Below, piece after piece: positions 25,369-37,450 of a DNA stretch of 64,000 bases; within the stretch, counting starts at the first letter, position 1, and each line of letters starts with the position of its first letter. Source of the stretch: Lama glama. Its lineage: Eukaryota. The notes below the pieces were generated by a model that did no database searches, was not told the DNA's origin, and saw only the letters and a program-made list of their open reading frames with translations. The translations under genes were made by a program, and so were the position numbers. The stretch covers positions 10,542,001 to 10,606,000 of the forward strand of contig CM052832.1 of NCBI GenBank assembly GCA_028534125.1, written 5' to 3'.

Positions 25369-25849
25369 GGCCCTTATTCCTCAACCCTTGGACCAGGCAG
25401 AAATGCTCTTCTTCTAGGCATCGTCTAAGATGGAAGTGATTGTGTTTGTAATCCATCATGGACCATAACTTGACTGAACTTTGCCCCTGTCCTGGGAAGT
25501 GCAAAGGCCCTGAGGCTGGAGTGTATCTGGCTTGTGTAATTAATGTAAACAATTGTAAGAATGAGTTCAGAGAGATGAGGGGACCAGATCAGGTAGGGCC
25601 TTGGGGTCATCTGGGGACATCTTTCCCAGCCTGAATGAGAGGCCAAGACTCGGCCCTTCCATGGCTTCCTCTTGTCTCTCCTCCTCTTGTCCACCAGAAA
25701 CAGGACCTGATCCTCATTGGTCAGTTTCTCCAAGGCTGCAGCATCAGAAGTGGCTTGTTTCCTCCTAAGATCCCTTTCAGTGCTTCTTAATCAGCAATGC
25801 CCAATTGTTCTATCAGAGGAGAGATAGAAATCTGGTGGCTATCATGATT

Positions 25850-26220
25850 CAAGTCTAAGAGTCCAAATCCAGAATTCATGGCTCTGCTCATCACTGATTA
25901 GCCCTGGTACCTTGAGCATGTTGGTTAACCTCTTGAAGCCTCAATTTCCTCATCCTCACAAAAGTGATGCTAATAACAGTCATAATAGCAGCTAACACTC
26001 ACCAAATGTCTGCTAGGTACCAGGCACTATTGTAAATGGTTTACATTTATTACCAGATCCATGTCTACGGGGTGGCTCCTGCTATTTCCCCCATTTTATA
26101 AATGAGGTGACGTAGTTAAGATACAGAAAAGTTAAGAAACCAGCTCCAGATCACAGGATGGTAAGGAGTGAAGGTGGGATGCAGAACCAGGTAGTCTTGC
26201 TTTCTACATCCTGTATCATC
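25850..26220. mobile_element. Two adjacent MIR fragments (+ then -)
   Basis: ccttgagcatgttggttaacctcttgaagcctcaatttcctcatc (+); ccaggcactatt...ccccattttataaatgagg (-). Confidence 0.75.
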
Positions 26221-26349
26221 CTGCCTTTGAACGCTCATCTCTGAGCTGCTGGGAGAACCACCTGAGAGAATCTAGGGTCCTTTAAGGACATTTCCCCAGT
26301 CGCAACACACGCCTGAGTTCTGAATCCTGTTCTGTGACACATGGAGCAC

Positions 26350-26620
26350 TTTGTCCTTTTATTTGTCATCAGTAGGAGCATACTTATTGGGGACCTTATA
26401 TGTGCCAGGCAGTGTGGCAGGTGCTGGGATAGAGTAGCAAGCAGGCCAGAATTGTCCTTGACTCCCCCAAAACTTACAGTCCAGAGGGTAAGATAGACAT
26501 TAAACAGATAATGATGTAGATGATTAATTATAGTCGGGGGTCTGTGCTATAAAAGGAAGCAGGGGTGCAGAGAGAAAGTGTAACAGGGTGACCTGGCCTG
26601 TGTGGGAGAGACTGACCACA
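26350..26620 (-). mobile_element. L2 3' end
   Basis: ttattggggaccttatatgtgccaggcagtgtggcaggtgctgggatag...cttacagtccag...agacattaaacagataat. Confidence 0.8.
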
Positions 26621-26644
26621 GCAGACAGCCTCAGTGGGCAGAAC

Positions 26645-26716
26645 CCAGCCGTTCCCTCAGAGAGCCCAGTCGGAGTGGGAGACACAGCCTTGCCCTCAGG
26701 GAGCCCCAGTCTGAGG
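26645..26716 (-). repeat. ~2 units of the ~39-bp L2-like tandem repeat (reverse orientation)
   Basis: ggagacacagccttgccctcagggagccccagtctgagg is the near-exact reverse complement of the array unit. Confidence 0.8.
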
Positions 26717-27669
26717 AAAAGAGGAAACCCAAGTACTGGCTTGTGTAACAAAAGCGGAGATGCTCAGGGGCCTAATCTGAGTGCAGCTGAGGTCAGGAGC
26801 ACGACACGGGAAAGCAGAGCCTGTGCCCAAGGCTGAAGAAGCCTTGTTTGATATGGTCAGGCTGGCATTTACGGATACTGGGCAGCACGGCCGAGCATAC
26901 CCCAGGGAAGACCTATTTTCAGTGAACTTGTGGTAAGGAGAACACAGGCAGAGGAGGAAGCAAGAGCAGGTAACGTAGTTAAGTGACCCATAGTGGGTGC
27001 TCAACAAATTAGAACTGTTATTCTGCGAGAGGGAGGGTCGCAATGTCGGTAAATAGCACAGAGGAGTCCTGGAGCCATGACCTCTTCCCACTGCTCCGTT
27101 ATCAAAGGTTCCGTTGCCGGAGCAGAGCGTCCAGAAATATTTATCTCCATTTTACTACCTGCCTCTTCAAAGTTGGAAATTCAAGTGAAAGCGAAGAGCA
27201 GAACCTGGGGTTGTGACGATGTAGCTGTGTGGGAACTGGTAACTCAAAGGAAAGCTAAGGCCAGCTCAACCGCTGGCTGAGCAGCTGAAGAGGGTTTTTT
27301 TTTTTTTTAAAAACGAGAAGTCGTTGGGGGAAATTTTCTAATGAATCCTATCCAACCATAAAATCATGTAGAAAATGAATCCTATCTGACAATAAAATAA
27401 AAGTGAAACAAATTACTAGGGTCTCATATTTGTAGGAGAAATTAATTTCATGTTTAGAATACTAATTGCTCGCTGAAGGGCCTATGACCACGTGCTGCCT
27501 GAATTTAACCTGAGCCTCAGTTTGGAGGGGCTGCAGGGGAGGGGCGGGGAGGCCTGGGCTGGAGTCTTCTGCCTGGACTCTTGCCTTTGCTGTCTCGCTC
27601 TCTGCTGCCTGAGGCTTAGTTGGTTCAATGTTGCTTGGCTTGTGTGAATTATTTCCGAAATGTTTTTTC

Positions 27670-27915
27670 TCTCAGACTGGGATGTGCCTGGAAATATTAG
27701 TTGTATTCCCTCCACCAGATGTGAGCTACCTCAAGGCAGGGCTGTGTCTCCTGCCTCAGACCCAGGCTCCCTGAGGGCGGGGCTGTCTCCCCTCAGACTG
27801 GGGCTCCCTGAGAACGAGACTGTCTCCCTCCTCAGACTGGGCTCCCTGAAGATGGGGCTGTATCTCCCCTTAGACTCCCCTCCCTGAGGGCAAGGTTGTG
27901 TTTCCATCTCAGATT
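27670..27915 (+). repeat. Array of ~6-7 units of the ~39-bp L2-like tandem repeat
   Basis: Repeated cctcagactggggctccctgag...gctgtctcc. Confidence 0.85.
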
Positions 27916-28162
27916 GAAGAAGAGAATGACACTCCTGCATCAGGCTGAGGATTCCCTGAAAGAAGGGTGTCTTGAGGGAAACTACAAATTCTTTTCTTGT
28001 TCTCTGAAAAGAGAAAAAAACACACCAACGTTTTAGGAGATTCATAGACCCCACCCAGTGTCTTCATGGCTTTTCTGTCAGATGGAGACAAGAGCGCTAA
28101 AGTACAGACACGATGTAACAGAGGTAGTTTCTTGCGTAATATAATAGTGTTGTGGAAAAATG

Positions 28163-28723
28163 TGTCACAGCTCACTGCTACAGCTCAATTGTAACAACCA
28201 CCTGGATCCGGGTGAGAAACTAAACAGCACTCAGAGAGTTGGAGAACTCACGTTTATCACACCACTGCTCCCATAACAGTTAACATTTCAAGCTCTAGAC
28301 CCTGTCTGTCGGTTTACACAGGCCTTTTATAAGCTGCCAGTTTTACACTCTGCAACATCATATGCAAATAAAGTACAACAGAAGTTAACCAGCCAGGAAC
28401 AAGCTTTGTAGAAATAGGCCAATCAGGAGTGATGCTCCATGCAAATGAAGTACTACAAATGGACCAATCAGAAGTTAGGGAAATGGACCAATCAGAAGTG
28501 AGAGCAATAACCAATCAAAAGTGAGAGTAGTAACCAATCAGAAGTGAGTATAATAACCAATCAGGAGTGAGCTCAGGGAACCAATAGAATTCTAGGTGTA
28601 AGTTAGCCGCTTTAGAGGCAAAAAGTGAGATAAAGCCTCTGGGCCAGGGAACCGGACGGTGCTGGGAGGAGAGCAGCAGCCCTGCTTAGGGGTCCTTCCC
28701 GTCTTATGGGGCTCCCCGCCTCA
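28163..28723 (-). mobile_element. ERV solo LTR with tandem CCAAT array
   Basis: TG...CA termini. On the minus strand, U3 carries seven ATTGG boxes and two octamers upstream of a TATA (cttataaaa, 28325-28333), then a degenerate poly(A) signal. No clean TSD seen. Confidence 0.75.
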
Positions 28724-28999
28724 ATGGGACATGTGATGTTTTCCTTTTGCCTTTTTCACCCTGAATGCCTCATGGTGGGATATATGAGTTAATTCCCAAT
28801 TGCCCACATGTGAGTAACTATATTAGTAGATTATCTGTGAAATGTTAAAAAAAAAAGAAAAACAACAAGAAAACCAAAATCTATCTGCCCTGTTGTCCTA
28901 GAAACTCCTGATCACTTGGCCCAGCATAAGTGGTGCCTGTTCAGCAGACACTGGGACCCGTCCCAGTGGCCCAGCTAGTACTGCAATGACTCCTTTTAT

Positions 29000-29200
29000 T
29001 GATCTCCCGGGCCGGCACTGCATCAGCCGCTCTATGAATATGCTAGTCCTTGTACATTCTGGGGACGATAGGCTTTATTGTGGCCGTTTTACAAATGAGG
29101 CAAACAAGACTCCAAAAGCTTTACTAAATTACACAAGCATGCCTGACAACTAAGCGTTGACATGAGATTTGGATCCAGATCTGTTTGAATTCTTATCTCC
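29000..29200 (-). mobile_element. MIR fragment
   Basis: ccgttttacaaatgaggcaaacaagactc...gagatttggatccagatctgtttga. Confidence 0.6.
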
Positions 29201-31689
29201 CACACTAAGCTTCCAAACACCAAGCACCATTAGGAAAGTCAAACAGCCTCCACTCCACCCCCCACATTCTACCAGGTGCTGGGCAGACATGGAAACTGGT
29301 CTGACACAGGTGCATTCTTGTGGACATTCAAGTCTGTGGGTTTTGTCCTAGCTTGGATCTCACATCCATTAAGACTAGCTGTGTGACTTCTGAGTGGTGT
29401 CACACCCTCTCTGGGCTCAGTCTCCTGGCTATGCAAAAAGACATTTAGACTAATCCAGCGGCATTGAAGGCCTTTCAGTGTGACCTGCTGGGACACGTGT
29501 ACCTTTCCACATTAGGGTGAGTGGTGGCTGTGGTAGGGAAGAGGCATCTTTTCCTATTCCTATCCTCTGTGCCTCCCATGCCTTTGGTTCTGATCATTTT
29601 TGCACCCTGGACATGCTGAGCATATGGGTCTCTGTGTCAGGGAGATAAACCAGAGACCAAGTATGCATGCAGGTGCTATGTTAGGCTGTTTCCCAAGGCT
29701 GGGAACAGTGGATTTGCAGCCGTATCCTCCTGTCTGTAATATAATGCCTGGCACGTTGCTCATGTGCAGTAAACAGTTGATGAACGAATACATAAATGGA
29801 TGAATGAATAAATGCACGTAACCAAGAGTCAGAGTACCATAGAAGACCCCACTCCAGGTCTGATTCCTCCTCCTACCCTGCCCCATCCCCCACTCCAGCC
29901 CCCTAATCCGGAGGGCAACAGCCTCCCCTTCTGGCATGTCCTTCTGTGTCAGCTGCTGAAAACATGTCACCAACAGTTACACTCTGTCCCCATTCCCACG
30001 CCCATGGCCATTCCTACGTTCCCACTTTTCCTCGTCGACACATTTTGCTCCCACCATTTCCCTCCTTCTCTTGTTCATGCATTTACCAATTATGACAAAG
30101 CATTCTCAGAGAGAAAGGGTCTCTGGAGAAGGGAGTCTGGCCTCCTGCTTTGGCTGGGGATGTGGAAGGAGACAGGACACCTGAGCAGGTGTAGCGAACC
30201 AGGCCTCCAGGACACAGCCCACTGAAGCTGCGCCTTAAGGACAGAAAGCCTGGGCTAGAGTGCAATTAACTCCCCATTAATATGTTCATCTCTCATGCAC
30301 AGAACCAAACGCCACTGTTTTACTTTAAATAATTAGCTGCTGAGAGGACATACAGTTCTGGGAAAGTAGCTGGGGCTGCAGCTGAGTGTTTATAACGTTT
30401 TAATTAAAGCCTTTCTGATAAATGTTTACCACTGCTTCTGATTCTGCTGGGAAAGAAAGACAGGAAGGAGGAAGAAGGTAGGATGAGAGGGAAAAGGAGA
30501 GGAAAGAAGTGGGAGGAAGAGAAAGAAGGAAAGGGTACACAGTGAGAAAAGGATCCGGAGAAGAGGAGCAAGGAGGAAGCTTCCTTGAAATCCCCCCCTC
30601 AAGCACAGCCAGGCCCTCATGACAGCTCACACTCGCGCCGGCCATTCCTCATTCTGACCCACAGAGCTGTGAGCTCGATTTTGGAGAGAATACAAATCTT
30701 TCACTCCCTGCCCTGTGTCCCCATGTCTCTAATTCCTGTCTTTCCTGGCCTGCCCACAGCTCGTTGAGTCTCCAGTTCCCACGCCCTCACCTCCCCCATC
30801 CCTTATTCCCCTCCAACCACCACCTTCCATCATCCAATCATGGAGACCCCGTCCCCAAGGCAGCAGGGGTCACAGAGAGACTACACGGGTGTCCCTTCCT
30901 GCATGAGGGGTTGCAACTCTTCCCCTGTGGTGGGCATCCCCTTGTCTTAAAGACTCAGGTGTGTGTGTGTGTGTGTGTCTGTCTGTCTGTCTCTGGTCTC
31001 CCCTCTCTGCTGCCACCCCTCTTTGCTAGCCTTAATTACAGCAATTTAGGAGTCCTGCTTAAGATTGCAGAGTAAACCTATCAATATTTCACTTAAGAAT
31101 GGATTTCTGTCAGATGGTATCAAAGGCCTATAAATGAGAAATACGAGACTTGTTCTCAGGTAGCGACACACACACACACACACATGCACACGCACCCACA
31201 CCCCACCCCTCCCTCTGATGAATTACTGACACGCGATTTCCTCTCCGTGTCTGGCTCTGGCAACAGCTGAGGGCTTTGTTCTGCTACCATCAGAGCTGAG
31301 CTTTTCTACAGGAGCTATTTGCCTAAAACACATTCAAATAAATATGAGGAAAGTGCAGCGCTGTGTCCTGGGGTTTCCTGTCGGTGAGGAGCCAAGAGAC
31401 ACTGCTGCTCTGTGTGCTTTCCTCTCCAGGTTTGTTGGGAGAAGAAGGGTCGTGTCCCCTAGTCAGGTGGGCAGGGTCACCAACGGGCCGGCAAGGCGCA
31501 GCGTCCACATCAGGGCAGAGAAGGGGCTGGGGCTCAGGATCCTTACTTCCCTTCTCTTCCTCTCACTCCCTGAGGATCCAGAGTCACAGAATCTCATTCT
31601 CCCCTGTGCTTCTTCAGTCTTGGGGTCTGCAAGTGGGTGACTCAGCACTGAGGACAGTATGTCCTAGGGGAGCAAACACAGGCTTTATA

Positions 31690-31810
31690 ACCTGACAGCC
31701 TCCAGTCACTTGCTAACTATGTGATCTCAGCAAGTCACATCTTCTCTGAACCTCAGTTTCCCCAGCTCCAAATGGGGAAACAATTGTGCCCATCTCACTG
31801 AGTAGGACTA
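31690..31810 (+). mobile_element. MIR fragment
   Basis: ctatgtgatctcagcaagtcacatcttctctgaacctcagtttccc...aaatgggga. Confidence 0.75.
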
Positions 31811-31879
31811 GAAATGGTAACTGGAGGTATCTCTAGGGTGGCCACTTGGGTGGCAGAGATGACAGGATGATTTCTTGAT

Positions 31880-32295
31880 GTGGTTGGTTCTGGGTGCCAC
31901 ACCTTAAAAAGGACATTGACCAGCTCAATTTTTATAGAAAGAGGGCACAAGGGTGCTGAATGGCTGGGGAAACTGTGGCGTGTAATAGCAAATCGCAAGG
32001 ACTGGAAGTATTTAGCCTAGAGAAGTTACGTCTCAGGGTGATGTACTTGCTTCTTTAAGTACATCTTCAGCATCTTGTCAAAGAAAGGTCAGAGGTGTTC
32101 TGTGAAGCCCCTCCAGGGAGAAATAGAAACTACAGGAAAGATTCAGATCAGAACTGTGTAAAGATGGTACCGAGTCCCCATCGCTGACCATTTTCAAGAG
32201 AGGCTGGACAACCACCCAGCAGGAATGTCACAGAGGAGACTCAGCATTCCCAGTTGGAGGCTATGATTTCATGTCATCTAGTCTCTGGTTCCATG
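31880..32295 (+). mobile_element. CR1/L3 LINE 3' fragment
   Basis: ttctgggtgccacaccttaaaaaggacattgaccagct...tttagcctagagaag...gagtccccatcgctg...ttcaagagaggctggacaaccac matches the recalled L3 ORF2 end/3' UTR. Confidence 0.75.
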
Positions 32296-32689
32296 TGGAG
32301 GGGCCTTCATTAGAGCAATAATCCTCCCCTCTCTCCATCGCCTCCCTCATTGCCTCCCTGGGGAAGAGGCGATTTTTCTGTGGACAGGTTTCGGGGAGGA
32401 TCTGAGTGCTCTCCACTTTGGGGATCTTCCTGTTGACAGAATTTCTGCTTCTCCCCATTGCAGAAGTGGGGCGGGCGTTCAGCCATTCAGCTCTGTCTGA
32501 GACTCAGGAAGCCTAGAAAATTCAGGCAGGAAGTGTTACGGCGGCATTAAGGCCTCTTAGCCCTTAATGCCACAGTCACCATGATTGCAGTAGTACTGAA
32601 GGTAATACTCGGCTTCCTTTTGCTTGACTCCGTTATCTGTTTCTCAGAAAACTATGGACTGGGTGTGGAGGGAAGGGATGTCAGTCCTT

Positions 32690-33172
32690 GAGCCCCGGAG
32701 ACCCTAATGTAGTTCAGCTTCCTAAGGTCAGAACATAGAGTGGTCGTGCCCACATGCCTTCGGATCTATTTCTAACCCTCCCTCAATCTGTTTCCCGGCT
32801 TCTTTTGCCAACTGTCCTCTGGTCAGAATCAGCCAATAAGAGGAAGTGTGGGAGGTTCCAGGATGGAAAGAGTGAGAAACCAGGGTGTTTCTCCCTCTCT
32901 CAACCTGCTGTAATGCATGCCTTCAGAGTGGCTGAATCTCCCACATGGTTCCAGCACCTGGTTTCTGGTGCCAGCACCTCCTGTTGTCCCTCCAGTCCTC
33001 AGGGTCATAGTGGTCATAGTGGCTTCCTGATCTTGCTTCCTGCTTACTTCCTCATCCCTTTTTTGGCCCCTCATCTCTCCCAATATTTGTGTAACAAATT
33101 CCCTGTATTAAATCTCCCTCCTGGAAATATCTAGAGTGGGTTATGTTTTAATGACCGGACCCTGACTGATAC
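32690..33172 (+). mobile_element. ERVL-type solo LTR (LTR33-like)
   Basis: cagccaataagagg...tgtaacaaattccctgtattaaat...ctagagtggg...ggaccctgactgataca terminus; 5' boundary uncertain. Confidence 0.65.
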
Positions 33173-34094
33173 AGAATAGAGTGTCCACTTGGGGAAATTA
33201 TGTGGCTGATTCCCCAGAAGACAAGCATCTTGAAGGCCACCATGTGATTCACAGGTACCTGGGGATCTCTTCAAACCTGAGGCCCCCTGACCTCTATGCC
33301 TCTGACTCCTGAGCATCTTAAGGAGGGATGAAGTGGTGGAGGTCACGTGGAGTTGTTCAGAGCCTCCCAGAGTAGGGTGGGACAGCCTCAGCTATGGGCC
33401 CAGGCTCTCCCTGTCCTGAGAGGTCAGTCACTGGGTGATTCTGAGGAGCAGGGCTGGAACGGTCTATTGCTAGATGCAATCCTTGATCTGTTTTCAGGGC
33501 CCTCTTGCCTCAGGCATTTTCCCACTTTCCAAACAAATGATTTCCCTGGAAGCCACATCCCAGTTTGTCAGCCCTGCCTTCTCCATCCCTGCTGTTCACT
33601 GTGAGTCAGCTCACCAAACCTTCCTGCATCTTGGCTTCTGGGTGCTCTGGTCTAGACCATCTGCTCTGTGCACCCCAGCCCCATGGGACAGCCCTGGTTC
33701 TGTGGCTCCAGGCTCCCTATCCTGTACCCATGCTTGTCTAAGCCTGCGTATGACAGGCCTTGTCAGAGACAGGCCTCTTGCGTCTCCCCAGGTGCCTCAC
33801 AGCTGTCGGTGCCCATCAGGGAGCTCCCTTCTGTCTGAAGACATGGCGAGAAGCACAGCAGCCATCTGTATCTCCTTTCCATGGGCCTGGAAGCAGGGCA
33901 AGCCTGGGGCTGCTGACGTGGGAGACGGGAGATCTGTCATACCCGCTTCATTCTGCATCACTGTCTGCCCATGAGCAACCTTGAAAAGTTGATTTAGAGT
34001 TTCCTTGCCTGAAGAAGAAATAGCTGACTTAATAAACTCAGATTATTCCATGAAGACCATGAAAGAACCCCAAGGGTTTCAATCCACAAGCTAA

Positions 34095-34390
34095 TGGTTT
34101 TCATAATCATCACATTTGCCCCCCTCATCGCTGTGATGGCCATGAACTCTACCATCACCAGCCCCAATGTTGCCCTCATCACCACCGCAATCACCAACAA
34201 TAGCATCACCATCACCTTTGTCACCAGGGTTGCCACCATCACCTCCACCCCCAGCCCCAGCCCCACCATCCTTAACACCACCAGCCACCATTGTTGCCAC
34301 TGTAAAGTGATCATCGCTGTAACCACTTTTATCTAAATCAACACCAGAAGCACCATCAGCCTCAACATCTTATACATCATTCACCACCCT
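34095..34390. repeat. Degenerate (CAC/CAT)n low-complexity tract
   Basis: Many accatcacc / caccacc motifs. Confidence 0.85.
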
Positions 34391-34844
34391 CTTGTGTGAG
34401 GGTCTGGCTGAGCGGAAAACTGTAGGGTGAGAGCGACTTAGGGTCTCTCATTGGTGACAGTCAAAGCTACACAGAAACTCAGAAGCAGAGCAGAAATGTG
34501 AAATCAAGACACAGAGGAACAGGGGGGGGGTTATCTCTTGCACAGGCTGTGGTTGTTAGTGGGAGGAGCAGCTAAAGGAATGGGAGGGAAATTATCTCAG
34601 GGGAGGGAGCAGCCAGAGAAGGCAGCCAATTCCAGGCATGGAGCTGGGGAAGGAACACCTGGAACCTCACAGGGAGTCAAGCAGAGTAGCTGAGGGGGTG
34701 GAGAAGGAGGTCAGCTGTAGTGGTCGCTGTTTCCCTTCCTTTGGACAGCACACAGACCACTCAGTTTCCCTGGGCAGGGATGTTCTGAGAGGGTGAGAAA
34801 GAGAAGGGCAACCCTGATGCCTGGGAGTTGGCTTGGTGCCCTCC

Positions 34845-35259
34845 TGTTGAACATAAACAACTTTCCAGAACGTCATGTCTGTACACAGGCAAAACAGGAA
34901 GGTTGTCCAAAACATGAAATTCCAAACACCATCCTCCCCCCAGCTAACGTGAGTGATTGCTGCTTTTTCACCAGTTACAGCTTTAGCCTCCCTGTGGATC
35001 AAATTGATTGAGACACCCAATCATAGGATTGCCCAGCTTTCCAACATCACTCAATCCTGAGCAGACTCCTGCTTCCTTGGACCCTCCCCAAATCACCTGA
35101 CCAAAGCCCAGATCGTACAACAGCTTCTCTCTAGCTCTGTCCTCTAACTGAGATGCCCCAGAGTCCCCACGTGCATGTTCGCCTTCAGTGCAACAAGTAA
35201 TAGACCCAGCTTCTTCCATTCCTGCTGTTCCTGGGGTCTTCGGCTGGAGGCCATTGACA
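34845..35259 (+). mobile_element. ERV solo LTR (old, ERV1-like)
   Basis: tgttgaac...acccaatcatagg...gcaacaagtaatagacccagc...ggtcttcggctggaggccattgaca; TG...CA ends. Confidence 0.55.
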
Positions 35260-36859
35260 GAGCTCTAGTGAATCCGAAACGGTTAATAATGCCCACCGCC
35301 CAGCTTCCTCCATAGGGGTCTTCTTCCCTCCTGGAAGGACATATGGGGTGACCAGGGTGCAGCACAGTCAGGCAGACTCAGCACCACTTTCTGGGACCCA
35401 GCTTTTCCAGCTGATCACCTTGATAAGAGAACAGGTCTGAATAAGGCCCAGGTTTATTTGGAAGTGCTGGTCAATGGGCCATAAAATCATAAAACTCCCT
35501 TGAGCTGCTTGTTAAAGTGCTGGACCCTCTAGAGATCTCAGAACGAAAGACCTGAAGTCTGTTATTTGAACAAGCTCCTCAGGTGGTGATTGTGTGCAAT
35601 GAAGTTTGAGAGCTACAGGTTGACGATTCTGTCACTCTGAGGGCCTTCGGGTCACCGAAGACTTAAGATTGGGGCCAGCAGGGCTGGGCTCTGCAGGCTC
35701 CCCCAGAGGTAAATGAAGAACACCCCCCACCCCCCGCCAGAAGCCATGTGTCCCTGGGCTCAGGCACCTTTGGTGTTTCTCTCCCACTCTGCACAGGCCC
35801 CCAGGGATCAGGTCCCTCCCTGCCTCCCTAGGGGGCCTACGCCTTCTTCTAGACATTAGAGAACAAAGAGGTCCAAAACCATTCAAGGCAAAGGCATGTG
35901 CCTCTAGCAAAATGTATCTCAAAAGGGATTCACGTTCTATATCTTGAAGTGAATGAAAATATTAATTGATAGATCCATCATCCTGGCTCCTATGTCCCTG
36001 AGCTGCAGATGCAGAGAATGCAAAACAATAAATGGTGTTTAAACACACACACACACACAGACATACACACACACAGATTTGTTCCCACACAGAGGCCAAG
36101 CAGGCAGACAGGTCTCTTACACTCTAAGCTTTGCACAACTTCCCACCTTCCCAGCCTCTGGCTAGGATGAACTGGTGGATGCAGAAGTGTGCCCAGGCTG
36201 CGTGCAGAAGGACTAGTGATCCCACTGGTGGTGGTGCTTCCTTTGGCATGGACTCGCTTGGCATTTATTTTCAGCCTGACTCTAACTCATAACCCTAACA
36301 CCACTGAGCACCTCAGTTTCCTAATAAACTAGGAAGTGGGTAGATGGAGCAGTCTAGAAGCTGAGATGCCCATAATCTGTTATTTGAGCATTTGCAGCCT
36401 GTGTCTGGAGAAGAGGCATGTGGACACTTGGAGGCGAGCATTTCCACTTGCCTGTGCCTGGGCGAAGATCCCAGTACGCCCTCTTCCACCTTTTCCACAC
36501 CAGGTCTCCCACCCAGAAGAGCGCATGCATCTTGGACCAGGGAATGTAAGGAGGAGGGTGATTCCCGTGTTTGTGGGGGACTCATGAGTGGTTTTCCTAA
36601 AAAAGAGCAAGGGATGCTAAGGGCAAGGGGGCTTGGTCTTAGGGGTCACAGGAACCCCTCCTCTTTCCCAGGCTTGTTAAAGCAGCTGGGGGCCGTCTTA
36701 GTGCCGCAAGTAGGCCAGAGCTAGAAAGTAGAGTTGCTGTGGGGATGACACCTGGCAACTCATGCAAGCACCAGAAGTGGTGGACACACAAAGCAGGTCT
36801 TTACTAAATGGTAGTTAAAGCTGGTGAGGTGCTTCAGCCTTTCAGCGCAAGCAGTAAAA

Positions 36860-37450
36860 GACCTCCTGGCACAGCTCCTGCGCCCGGCAGAGCCGGCCTG
36901 TGCCCGGCCCGGAGTCTCAGCGCGCCAGAGGCCTCCGCGCACCCCAGCCTCCCTCCCCAGCCCGGCAGGTCTGGGCGGTGGCTCCGGGTTGCTGCCCCAG
37001 TTTGCTGAGCCCTGCAGTTTTGACAAGCAGCCTCAGGAACCCAGAAGCTCTGCGTGGAAGGCGCCTGGTTAATCACTGCAGAGGCGCTTCCGGCAGCCGC
37101 AGCCGCTCAGCGCCGGGCCGTGCGCGTGCGTCCCACAGCGGCTCACTTTCCACAGAGCCCCGCACGCCCAGGCACACTCACCTTGTGACCCGGCACCCCC
37201 GGCTGCCGGACTGGGGCTGGGTCAGACCTGGAAAGCCCTGGAAGCCAAATTCTTCTGACTTCCAGAGATAGGGGTGCAGGCAATCCCCAGGGTGCCTCCC
37301 CCACGGGCCTTCTTCCTGGGGCGTCTGGGTTTCTGAGCTCTCCTCCTGCTGAGAACCCGAGTGCCGGCAGGAATCTCACACACACGGCAGCGAGGCCCGA
37401 CGAAGAGCTAGGAGACTGTGGCGGCGTGTCCGCGCCGCCCCTACGTGCTG
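36860..37450. promoter_or_regulatory. CpG-rich patch, candidate promoter or enhancer
   Basis: Highest CpG density in the window by eye (gcgcgcc, ccgcagccgc, gtgcgcgtgcg, ccgcgccgccc), in unique sequence. Confidence 0.5.

Noticed and set aside
27340..27400. Direct repeat AATGAATCCTATC (34-bp period)
   Set aside because: A simple two-copy local duplication; likewise the cccagagaa triplication at ~57357.
33994..34336. Thr-rich and Val/Met-rich ORFs (mucin- or membrane-like)
   Set aside because: Products of a (CAC/CAT)n low-complexity tract that lacks stops.
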